From Phycisphaera mikurensis NBRC 102666 (GTDB lineage: Bacteria > Planctomycetota > Phycisphaerae > Phycisphaerales > Phycisphaeraceae), in NCBI RefSeq assembly GCF_000284115.1, contig NC_017080.1, positions 3,720,001 to 3,752,000 on the forward strand: 32,000 bases of DNA. The letters run 5' to 3'. This document shows positions 1-7,553 of the stretch, piece by piece. Every line of letters starts with the position of its first letter. Position 1 is the first letter of the stretch. The notes beneath the pieces were generated by a model. The model did no database searches. It was not told the origin of the DNA and saw only the letters and a list, made by a program, of their open reading frames with translations. The translations under genes and the position numbers were made by a program.

Positions 1-1128
1 CACCGGGTCGTTTTCGCACAGGTTGTAAGCTCGATCTTCCACCTGCTTCGTGGCCCAGTCGCCCTTGCTGTTGGCAACCTGCGTCGCGAGGGCGTGCGGG
101 CTGCTCATCATCGCCCGGCAAAGCGACAGTGCTTCGAAGTAGGAGAGTGTCTCGCTGACCTCACGGACCAGCTTGATCATCTCCTTCTCCACCCGCCGCG
201 GCTTGAGCGTCCGGCTCTCGATGTCGCGACTGGGGAAGTTCAGCTTCACGTCCACCCGCCGGGTCCGTCGGAGCGTCCTCCGCACCGCACCGTGGAATGC
301 TTCTTCTTTGTCTGGACGCAGCCGCAAACCCCGCTGGCTCATGGCACCGTCGAGCAGGTACTCGAAACGGAAGTCGTCGATGTGCCCCAGCGGGTGCTGC
401 CGTCCTTCCGCCGCGGCCGCGAGGTCGAGCAAGCTGTACAAGTCCGTGATCCGGTTCTGCATCGGCGTCGCCGTCAGCAGCAGCATGTGCGGAAAAAGCC
501 GGTCCTTCAGCGCCTTCTGAATGTTCACCGCCATCTTCGGCGGCTTCGGCGTCCCGTGCAGGTTCCGGAGTTTGTGGGCCTCATCCAGAATGAGCATCTG
601 GAACGCCCCCTCCGGGACGCTGCCGCGCTCGAGCACCCGGCTGATGGTGTGGTAGGTCGTCACCACCACCTCCGCCCGCTGGTTGCGGAGTTCGTATGTC
701 AACTCAGAACCGGTGGCCGCGGTGGCCTTCAGCTTGAACTTCTTCCCGAGTTCCTCGACCCATTGCCTCTGGAGGATCTTCGGGCACACCACCAGCGTCC
801 GCTGCACCCGCCCGCGAACCATCAGCTCACTGAGGATCATCCCGGCGCTGATCGTCTTTCCAAGCCCGACGTCATCCGCCAGCACCGCCACCGGCAGCCG
901 CCGCAGCGACGCGATCAGATTCTCAACCTGGTGCTCGAAAGGATTCCAGTCCCGCTTCGGATCGTGGTACCAGCCGCCCTTGATGTCCTGCTCGCTGTGG
1001 AGCACGATCGGGTCCGCCAGCCCCCACTCAAGCGCCGCCCGCCGGAGCCGGTGCCATTGCCGCGACTCGCTCGCTTGGAGCACGGGCCGCTTCAGACTCA
1101 GTTCCGGCGGGGCGGATTGCAGGGCCAT
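1..1128 (-). CDS. SNF2/DEAD-like superfamily-2 helicase, N-terminal 376 aa; the gene continues past the left edge of the window
   Basis: Absent from the ORF track because there is no stop in the window. My manual minus-strand translation from the ATG at 1128 reads MALQSAPPELSLKRPVLQASESRQWHRL... and stays open to position 1. Motifs: motif I DDVGLGKT, motif II LILDEAHKLRN (DEAH box), motif III LLLTATPMQN. The plus-strand ORF 94..1146 is R/P/H-rich antisense noise. Confidence 0.85.
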   Translation of the reverse strand, partial: MALQSAPPELSLKRPVLQASESRQWHRLRRAALEWGLADPIVLHSEQDIKGGWYHDPKRDWNPFEHQVENLIASLRRLPVAVLADDVGLGKTISAGMILSELMVRGRVQRTLVVCPKILQRQWVEELGKKFKLKATAATGSELTYELRNQRAEVVVTTYHTISRVLERGSVPEGAFQMLILDEAHKLRNLHGTPKPPKMAVNIQKALKDRLFPHMLLLTATPMQNRITDLYSLLDLAAAAEGRQHPLGHIDDFRFEYLLDGAMSQRGLRLRPDKEEAFHGAVRRTLRRTRRVDVKLNFPSRDIESRTLKPRRVEKEMIKLVREVSETLSYFEALSLCRAMMSSPHALATQVANSKGDWATKQVEDRAYNLCENDPV

Positions 1129-1329
1129 GGAAACATTCTGCCATGACGCACCGAAGTCGCAGCGCGGTAAATCGCAATAGCAAAGCGGCTTTGGACACCC
1201 CGTTGTCCAGCCCACCGGCACCGGGTTTCCGCTGCCGGAACCATATTGTGCTGAGGCTACGTCCCGCCGCTTGCCCTCACCGCGTCGACCGCTTCCTCGC
1301 CGGCGCAGCGTGCCGCCTCCCGCTACGCG

Positions 1330-1375
1330 CCGCGGACGGTGCGCGGAAACGCCGCCAACCTTCGATGGTCCGCGA
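1330..1375. repeat. Degenerate copy of the IR10-N26 element (CCGCGGACGG-N26-TGGTCCGCGA)
   Basis: The arms differ from the consensus CCGCGGACCG/CGGTCCGCGG at 1 and 2 positions. The spacer 1340-1365 is exactly 26 nt. It lies in the gap between the stop of the 1405..2142 gene and the SNF2 start. Confidence 0.5.
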
Positions 1376-1404
1376 CGTCCGGAGGAGCTTGCTGATCCCG
1401 GCGC

Positions 1405-2142
1405 TCAGGCGGCGAGGCGGACGGGGGGGGTCTGCTCGGTCTCGGGGCGGACCTGGTTGGCGGGGGCGGCGGGGGCGGCGGCCTGGAGGTAGGTGCTCAC
1501 GGGGTCGCTCCAGGGGCCGGCTTGCTGCTTGCCGTTGACCCAGGCGGCGCGGAGCCACACGCGGGTGCCGCCGGGGGCGGAGGCGGGGAAGGAGACCTCC
1601 GACTGGTACTTGGTGGTCGCGCCCTCGAAGGACCAGCCCGCCGGGTCGGCGGGGGTCTGGTCGCCCACGAAGGTCTGCACCCACGCGGCCACGGCGCCCG
1701 GGGCCTTGCCGCGCTTGCTGGCGGTGTGGGGGTCGAAGAGGCGGAGCGTCACCTCGCGGCCGCGGACGGCGCCGACGATGGCCGAGGGCGCCGCGCTGGG
1801 CACCGGCACCGGCGTGGCGCCGTTGCGGAGGCGGATGCCCAGCCGCACCTTGAGCTGGTCGCTCACGTCGCTGTTGGCGGCGACGGTCGCGTACAGCTCG
1901 CGGCCGACCTTCAGCAGCGCGTCGCGGGCGGTGTCGCGGGCGGCGGTCTGCTGCTTGGAGCGCAGGCCCTGGGACCGCTGCACCTCCAGATCGGTCGCCG
2001 CCGCGGCGTACGGCGTGTAGACCGCGCGGTACGCCGCCGCCTGATCGGCGGTCAGCCCGAAGCGCGCCGGGTCGCCGGAGAGCGCCTCGTCGAAGTTGAG
2101 GGCGAACGGCAAGAGTTGAGAGTCCGAAACGGGGAAAGCCAT
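1405..2142 (-). CDS. Hypothetical protein, 245 aa (helical N-terminal half, beta-rich C-terminal half)
   Basis: This is the internal ATG of track ORF 1405..2346. It is preceded on the minus strand by AAGGAG with a 4-nt spacer (tccctcagAAGGAGccccATG). The residues upstream of this Met are G/P/R-rich and non-protein-like. The sequence begins MAFPVSDSQLLPFALNFDEALSGDP...; I recognise no family. Confidence 0.6.
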   Translation of the reverse strand: MAFPVSDSQLLPFALNFDEALSGDPARFGLTADQAAAYRAVYTPYAAAATDLEVQRSQGLRSKQQTAARDTARDALLKVGRELYATVAANSDVSDQLKVRLGIRLRNGATPVPVPSAAPSAIVGAVRGREVTLRLFDPHTASKRGKAPGAVAAWVQTFVGDQTPADPAGWSFEGATTKYQSEVSFPASAPGGTRVWLRAAWVNGKQQAGPWSDPVSTYLQAAAPAAPANQVRPETEQTPPVRLAA

Positions 2143-2357
2143 GGGGCTCCTTCTGAGGGAACGAAGCGGCGGGTCGGCGTCTGGCCCCGGAGCAACACGC
2201 CCCGGCCGCCCGCGGAACGCCCTTCGACCCGCCCCGGCCCCCCCTTGAGCCACCCGGGCGAAAATCCTTAAATCAGCCGCCGGAAGTCCATCACCGCCCC
2301 GCGGTGGCCCCGCCCCAAGCCCCGGCGGCCCGGATCCGTGCGGCACCCGCCCGACCG

Positions 2358-2567
2358 CGCAGAGCCGCCACGCGCGTTCCTGCCACCAACTCCCGGACGC
2401 GCGGAGCCGACACGCGCGTTTCTGCCATTATCTCCCGGTCGCGAGGGGCTGCCACTCGCGTTCTTGTCGCAAACCCCCGGCCGCACGGAGCCGCCAAGCG
2501 CGTTATTGCCGCACGAATCCGGCCGCGGGGAGCTGCGCCGCGCGTTCGCCCTTGAGGTCGGCCCTCC
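2358..2567. repeat. Tandem array of five 42-bp direct repeats
   Basis: Units start at 2358, 2400, 2442, 2484 and 2526. CGCGTT is invariant at unit positions 16-21 in all five units. It is part of the 8-bp palindrome ACGCGCGT at 2370-2377 and 2412-2419. GAGC occupies positions 5-8 in 4 of 5 units and CCGG occupies 36-39 in units 1-4. Positions about 27-34 are variable. The array lies in the 684-nt divergent intergenic region. Confidence 0.85.
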
Positions 2568-2608
2568 TGTTCCTGCGCGTCCAGCCGCCGGCCGCAAGCG
2601 CCAGCCCC

Positions 2609-2654
2609 CCGCGGACCGCCCGCCGTTTCCGCCGTTCCGCCCCGCGGTCCGCGG
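2609..2654. repeat. IR10-N26 element copy A (CCGCGGACCG-N26-CGGTCCGCGG)
   Basis: Perfect 10-nt arms at 2609-2618 and 2645-2654. The complementarity extends to 12 bp (CCCGCGGACCGC / GCGGTCCGCGGG). The spacer 2619-2644 is 26 nt. Confidence 0.8.
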
Positions 2655-2826
2655 GCGGGAAGCCGTCCGCCGGGCACGCCACGCAGCGGGTGCCGCCCGG
2701 GGCCCTCAAAGCCCCGCCAAGCCGTGTGAGGCGTCTGCGGACCGGTCCCACCGCTGGCCTCCCTCTTCCGGCGTACCGTCTCCGCCGGAACCCGCGTCGT
2801 GCCCGCGACCAGAAAGGAGGCTGCTG

Positions 2827-3525
2827 ATGGCTCAAGTCGCAGGAAACGGGATCTACACCCTCCCGGAAGCCGCAGCGCTGATCGGGATGAAGGTCCCGAC
2901 GCTCCGCAGTTGGTTCCGTGACGACGGCCGCCGGCGGTCCCTGTTCCGCGGCGACTACCTCGCGGCCCGGGCCGGGGAGCGGCTGACCGCGCTCAGCTTC
3001 CACGACCTCGTGGAGGCGGTGGTGGCCGTCAAGCTCAAGGGGCTCGGCATGACGCCGCAGCGGATCCGGCGGACGCACGCGGCGCTCGCGGAGGCGTACG
3101 GCACGCCCCACCCCTTCGCCTACCGGGGCTTCTTCGTCAGCGAGAAGGCGGACCGGGTCTTCGCCGAGTTCCGGGAGGACGACCCCGGCGGGCCGCTGCG
3201 GGCGGGCTTCCTGGAGGTCGGCGCCGAGCAGCACGCGATCCGGGAGGTCCTGCAGCCCTTCCTTCAGCGGGTGGACTACGACCCGCGCACCGAGCTCGCC
3301 GCCCTCGTCCGCCTGACCGCGGACGGCTCGGTGCACCTCGACCCCGAGCGTGGCTTCGGCAAGCCGCTCGTGGCGTCGTGCTCGCAGCGGACGGCCGTCC
3401 TCCACGCCGCATGGCTCGCCAACGGGCGGGACGCACCGGTCGTGGCCGACTGGTACGGGGTGACGACGCCGGAGGTCGAAGCGGCGGTGTCGTTCCACGA
3501 GGACTTCCGGGGCCTCGCGGCTTGA
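2827..3525 (+). CDS. DUF433-containing, VapB45-like putative antitoxin/DNA-binding protein (N-terminal HTH plus C-terminal DUF433-like domain), 232 aa
   Basis: ATG at 2827 is preceded by a strong RBS (gaAAGGAGGctgctgATG). The N-terminus YTLPEAAALIGMKVPTLRSWF resembles a MerR/excisionase-type HTH. The C-terminus FGKPLVASCSQRTAVLHAAWLANGRDAPVVADWYGVTTPEVEAAVSF resembles the DUF433 pattern, from my memory of the family. The upstream in-frame part of track ORF 2338..3525 has weaker third-position GC. Confidence 0.65.
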   Translation: MAQVAGNGIYTLPEAAALIGMKVPTLRSWFRDDGRRRSLFRGDYLAARAGERLTALSFHDLVEAVVAVKLKGLGMTPQRIRRTHAALAEAYGTPHPFAYRGFFVSEKADRVFAEFREDDPGGPLRAGFLEVGAEQHAIREVLQPFLQRVDYDPRTELAALVRLTADGSVHLDPERGFGKPLVASCSQRTAVLHAAWLANGRDAPVVADWYGVTTPEVEAAVSFHEDFRGLAA

Positions 3526-3614
3526 GGTTCCTGTTCGACCGCAACGTGTCGGTGCACCTCCCCCGCGGCCTCCACCACTTCTGCCGCGACCACCTACCGT
3601 CGCCTCCGGCGTGA
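3522..3614 (+). pseudogene. Truncated remnant of a DUF5615/PIN-like toxin gene (about 30 codons)
   Basis: A TTG at 3522 overlaps the DUF433 stop in a TTGA junction typical of toxin-antitoxin operons. Its translation (M/L)RFLFDRNVSVHLPRGLHHFCRDHLPSPPA* matches only the first ~16 residues of the DUF5615 N-terminus, including the first acidic residue (FLxDxN). It then diverges and stops. Confidence 0.35.
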
Positions 3615-3648
3615 TCCGGGTGAGCCCGCAAGGTCGATGAGGTGACCC

Positions 3649-4845
3649 ATGACGCACGGAGACGCAGCCGAGACCGACAAAACCTCCGCCGGCGAGGCTG
3701 CGCGGTTTCTCGAGCCGCACCTCCGGGGCGGGAGGTTCGATGCCGACCCTCACGAGATTCCCAGCGAGTTCCTGAAGGACCTCGCCGTCCTCGAAGAGCT
3801 CGTCATCGAGACCGCCAAGTGGCGGCACCGCCAGATGCACCCGACGCGGCAGCGGACGGTTAAGAACTTCAAGCGGGGCGTCCGGCTCAACCTCACGGGC
3901 GTCGGTGAGGGCAGCGCGATTCCGCTCTTCCGGCTGCACCTCGACCCGGCAGCAAACCTCTTTGACGAGCAGCGGAGGTGCTTTGAGGAGGCGCGCCTCG
4001 CCATCGTGCAGACGCTCGGCTCGGCGTCCGAGGTGATCGACAAGGAGATCGGTCGGCTGCCGCCAAAGCTGCTGACCTACTTCGACCGCCTCGGGCGGAA
4101 CTTAAAGGCGGGTGAATCAATGGAACTGGGCGACGGGAGCGGGGCCGTTGGGCGCCTGACGCCGGAGCGGCGGCTGCAGCTGCTGCAGGATGCGCAGGTC
4201 AAGACCTACCGAAACGAGGTGACGCTGCTCGGCTCGATCCACAGTGGAGACAAGCTGAACGACACCTTCGAGCTGGCTGCCGACGATGGGAGGACCTTCC
4301 AAGCGCCTTGGCCCGCACCCTTCCGTGAGCAAGTACAAGAGGCTTGGAGAGGCTTTGAGGACGGCGTGCGCGTCAGCGTGCAGTGCGTCGGCGAGTTCAC
4401 CAAGGAGGGCAGACTCCAAAGGGTCGACTCGGTGGAGCAGCTCACGGTGCTGGATCCGCTGGACGTCGGGCTGCGCTTGGCCAGCTTCCACACCCTCGAA
4501 GACGGGTGGCACGACGGGGAGGGAAGTGCTTTGGACCGAGACGGCCTCGGTCGCCTGACGGAGGCTTTCGACCGACACTGGCCCGAAGACCTGTCACTCC
4601 CCCACCTGTGGCCGATGCCCGAGCCGGAGGCCGGCGGCGGGGTCCACGCCCAGTGGAAGAGCGGACGCCGCAGCGTCAGCCTCGAGGTCGATCTCCGCGC
4701 CTCCTCGGCCTACTTCACCAGCTTCGACCTCGACGACCCCGACCCGGAGGTCGGCGTGGAGGAGGAGGGCCTCGACCTGTCGCTCCCGGCGAGCTGGGAG
4801 CGGGTCGCGAGCGAGGTGCGGGGCTTCCTCGGGGGCGACGCTTGA
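3649..4845 (+). CDS. Hypothetical protein, 398 aa, no recognisable catalytic motif
   Basis: ATG is preceded by GAGGTGA (gatGAGGTGAcccATG). Third-position GC is high and amino-acid composition is balanced. G+C looks lower than in the core genes (for example ttaagaacttcaag). I see no Walker A, HNH or PD-(D/E)xK signature. Confidence 0.7.
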   Translation: MTHGDAAETDKTSAGEAARFLEPHLRGGRFDADPHEIPSEFLKDLAVLEELVIETAKWRHRQMHPTRQRTVKNFKRGVRLNLTGVGEGSAIPLFRLHLDPAANLFDEQRRCFEEARLAIVQTLGSASEVIDKEIGRLPPKLLTYFDRLGRNLKAGESMELGDGSGAVGRLTPERRLQLLQDAQVKTYRNEVTLLGSIHSGDKLNDTFELAADDGRTFQAPWPAPFREQVQEAWRGFEDGVRVSVQCVGEFTKEGRLQRVDSVEQLTVLDPLDVGLRLASFHTLEDGWHDGEGSALDRDGLGRLTEAFDRHWPEDLSLPHLWPMPEPEAGGGVHAQWKSGRRSVSLEVDLRASSAYFTSFDLDDPDPEVGVEEEGLDLSLPASWERVASEVRGFLGGDA

Positions 4846-5219
4846 GCCCTGAGAAGCCCCTGCACCGGTCGATCCACCCGACGAAGCTCGACCCCGTTGG
4901 GGCCATGGACTACCTCGCGTTCCGGCCCAACTCGGCGGACAAGGACCAGCTGTCGCTCTATGACGGTGATCAGATCGGGGCGGAGGCGGCTTGGCTGCAC
5001 CACACCCGCGACGGGGCACACTCGCACGGGATCGGGACCGTGACCGCCGCGGAAGCCACCGCCGCGGGGACGCCGGCCAGGAGCGACCCGGACGAGTTCC
5101 CCGAGCACGTTCTCGCCGACTTCTCGGCGCTGCCCGGACGGAAGGCGAAGCAGCGGGCCGCGGCGACCCTGTGCGAGGCGGCGAATGCCCGCGGGTGGTC
5201 CTTCCGGCCGGAGGCCTGA
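4842..5219 (+). CDS. Hypothetical small protein (125 aa from TTG 4842, or 104 aa from ATG 4905)
   Basis: It shares a frame with the tail of track ORF 4383..5219. TTG 4842 overlaps the upstream TGA in a TTGA junction. Third-position GC is high from 4905 onward (MDYLAFRPNSADKDQLSLYDGDQIGAEAAWLHH...). The start codon is uncertain. Confidence 0.5.
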   Translation: MSPEKPLHRSIHPTKLDPVGAMDYLAFRPNSADKDQLSLYDGDQIGAEAAWLHHTRDGAHSHGIGTVTAAEATAAGTPARSDPDEFPEHVLADFSALPGRKAKQRAAATLCEAANARGWSFRPEA

Positions 5220-5232
5220 CGCTGCGGCGGAC

Positions 5233-5253
5233 GCCCCGCTGTCCGGGCGGGGC
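5233..5253 (+). terminator. Short GC hairpin after the small gene; a possible transcript boundary before mod
   Basis: GCCCCGC (5233-5239) and GCGGGGC (5247-5253) form a 7-bp stem with a 7-nt loop. There is no U-tract. Confidence 0.3.
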
Positions 5254-5297
5254 TGGCGGGGCACCGAGGCGGCCTCGCGTTCCGGTAGCTTCCGCGG

Positions 5298-7553
5298 ATG
5301 CTCAACCTCTCGGACGCGGAGAAGCAGGAGGTGCTGCGGCACCTGGACGAGGGGCGGCCGCTGCCGGACCGGTACCGGTTCCTGCTGTTCGGCGACAAGC
5401 GGGAGGTGGAGCTGGTCTGGAACGGGAAGACCTCGGAGGTGTGCAACGCGGTGCTGCCCTTCCAGACAATCGAGCACGTGGACGAGCCGCGGACCGAGAA
5501 AGAGGTGGAGGTGCACCCGGGGCTGTTCGACACGCGGGGCCGTCAGGAGAGCGGGTGGAGCAACAAGCTGATCTGGGGCGACAACAAGCTGATCCTCTCG
5601 TCGCTGAAGAACGGGCCGATGCGGCGGGCGATCGAGGACGCCGGCGGGCTGAAGCTGATCTACATCGACCCTCCGTTCGACGTAGGGGCGGACTTCTCGA
5701 TGGACATCGAGGTGGGCGAAGGAGATACGCTCACGAAGCGAGCCTCCATCATGGAGGAGATTGCTTACCGCGATACGTGGGGAAGGGGCCACGACTCTTT
5801 CATCACAATGATCTACGAGAGGCTTGTGCTGATGCGAGGCCTGCTTGCTCCCACTGGAAGTATCTACGTACATTGTGATTGGCGCCTCAGCGGCTTGGTG
5901 CGAATGGCTATGGACGAGATCTTCGGCAGAAGCTCGTTCCAGAATGAGATTTCATGGTGCTACCGGGAGGCGATCAATTCTAAGAAGCGTTGGAATCGCA
6001 AGCACGATTCAATCCTCTATTACACAGCCGACCCTGTCGACTATGTTTTCAATCCTAATGAGGTGCTCCAGAAGCATTCGGCGGCAACAACGGCGAAGTA
6101 TAAACATATCGATGAAGAAGGAAGGCGCTACCGATTGATGGGGCGCGGCCTCGCCGGGAGCCCGATCAAGTCTGCACGAGATGTTTCGCCAGACTGGGAG
6201 GAGACACACCCAGATCTTGTCTATCGCCATTACCAGCGTGATGGAACGTATGCCGTCGACTACTGGAACATCGACATCATCAATCAGGCAGCCAATGAGA
6301 GGCTTGGCTACCCGACACAGAAGCCTGAAGAGCTGGTCGAGCGTATTGTTAAGGCTTCAACCAACCCCGGAGACCTCGTCGCCGACTTCTTCTGCGGCTC
6401 CGGCACCACCGCCGCCGTGGCGGAGAAGCTCGGCCGCAAGTGGATCGCCACCGACCTGGGCAAGTTTGCCATCCACACCACCCGCAAGCGGATGATCGGT
6501 GTGCAGCGTGAGCGGCAGGCTTCCCGCCAAGGTTTTCGGGCTTTCGAAATCCTGAACCTCGGCCGCTACGAGCGCCAGCATTTCGCGGGCGTCAACCCCA
6601 CGCTCCGCGAGGCGGAGCAGGCGGCCCAGCTGCAAGCCAAGGAAGAGGCCTTCCGCGAGCTGATCCTCCACGCCTACCACGCGGAGGCCACCACCGGCTT
6701 TCAGACCTTCCACGGCAAGAAGAACGGCCGGCCGGTGGCGATCGGCCCGGTCAACCGCCCGGTCTCGCGGCTCTTCGTGGAGGAGGTGGTCAACGAGTGC
6801 CGCCAGAAGAACCTCACCCGGTGCGACCTGCTCGGCTTCGAGTTCGAGATGGGCCTCTTCCCCCGCGTGCTCGAAGACGCCAAGGCCAAGGGCATCGACG
6901 TGGCGGCCAAGCAGATCCCCGCGGAGGTTTTCGACAAGCGGGCGGTGGACCGCGGGCACGTGAAGTTCCACGACGTGGCGTACATCGAGGTGGAGCCCGA
7001 AACGCGGACCGGCAGCCACAAGCACGGCCACGCCGCGGGCATCCGCGTGACGCTGGCTGACTACTCCGTCTTCTACTCGCAGGGTTCGGTCGACCGGGCT
7101 CAGGAGGAGTTCGGCGGCAAGAAGAGCGGCTCCAAGGTGGTCGTCGACAACGGGCAGATCGTGAAGGTGACCAAGGAGAAGAGCGGCCGCGTTCACACGG
7201 AGGTGCTGACCAAGCAGTGGACCGACTGGATCGACTACTGGTCGGTGGACTTCGACTACGAGTCGAAGAAGGAGGTGGTGCTGCGGCAGACCGCGGAAGA
7301 GGCCGGCCCGGCGGAGCAGGGGCTGAGCGCGTACGAGGAGGTCTGGACGGGCGACTACATCTTCGAGAACGAGTGGCAGAGCTTCCGCACCAAGAAGGAC
7401 CGCAAGCTGGACCTCACCAGCGCCTGGCACGAGGTGAAGCCCGGCAGAGCCGGCCCCCGGAAGGTGGCGGTGAAGGTGGTCGACATCTTCGGCAACGACA
7501 CCACGGCGGTGGTGGCCGTCGCGGCGCCCGAGCCGCTGAAGGAGAAGAAGTAG
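5298..7553 (+). CDS. mod: Type III restriction-modification system methyltransferase (Mod), beta-class N6-adenine/N4-cytosine DNA methylase, 751 aa
   Basis: Motif [15 protein letters not shown] (DPPF at nt 5667-5678) precedes motif [27 protein letters not shown] and [12 protein letters not shown]. This IV-before-I order is the beta-class order. The stop TAG abuts the ATG of the following res-like gene. Confidence 0.9.
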   Translation: MLNLSDAEKQEVLRHLDEGRPLPDRYRFLLFGDKREVELVWNGKTSEVCNAVLPFQTIEHVDEPRTEKEVEVHPGLFDTRGRQESGWSNKLIWGDNKLILSSLKNGPMRRAIEDAGGLKLIYIDPPFDVGADFSMDIEVGEGDTLTKRASIMEEIAYRDTWGRGHDSFITMIYERLVLMRGLLAPTGSIYVHCDWRLSGLVRMAMDEIFGRSSFQNEISWCYREAINSKKRWNRKHDSILYYTADPVDYVFNPNEVLQKHSAATTAKYKHIDEEGRRYRLMGRGLAGSPIKSARDVSPDWEETHPDLVYRHYQRDGTYAVDYWNIDIINQAANERLGYPTQKPEELVERIVKASTNPGDLVADFFCGSGTTAAVAEKLGRKWIATDLGKFAIHTTRKRMIGVQRERQASRQGFRAFEILNLGRYERQHFAGVNPTLREAEQAAQLQAKEEAFRELILHAYHAEATTGFQTFHGKKNGRPVAIGPVNRPVSRLFVEEVVNECRQKNLTRCDLLGFEFEMGLFPRVLEDAKAKGIDVAAKQIPAEVFDKRAVDRGHVKFHDVAYIEVEPETRTGSHKHGHAAGIRVTLADYSVFYSQGSVDRAQEEFGGKKSGSKVVVDNGQIVKVTKEKSGRVHTEVLTKQWTDWIDYWSVDFDYESKKEVVLRQTAEEAGPAEQGLSAYEEVWTGDYIFENEWQSFRTKKDRKLDLTSAWHEVKPGRAGPRKVAVKVVDIFGNDTTAVVAVAAPEPLKEKK

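Noticed and set aside
2358-2567. The 42-bp tandem array as a small CRISPR array.
   Set aside because: The period is only 42 bp, with about 8 variable nt per unit. This is far from the ~28-37-nt repeat plus ~30-40-nt spacer organisation of CRISPR, and there are no cas genes in the window.
2338-2826. An in-frame N-terminal extension of the DUF433 gene that would encode 14-residue proline/arginine-rich repeats (track ORF 2338..3525). Also the alternative small ORFs over the array: 2304..2555(+), 2268..2597(-) and 2291..2677(-).
   Set aside because: A strong AAGGAGG site precedes the internal ATG at 2827. Third-position GC over the repeat region is visibly lower than in the real genes. The region is open in several frames at once, as expected for GC-rich non-coding DNA. 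Proteomics could overturn this.
5298-7553. Phase-variable Type III mod (simple-sequence repeat in the 5-prime coding region).
   Set aside because: I see no homopolymer or short tandem-repeat tract in or just upstream of mod.
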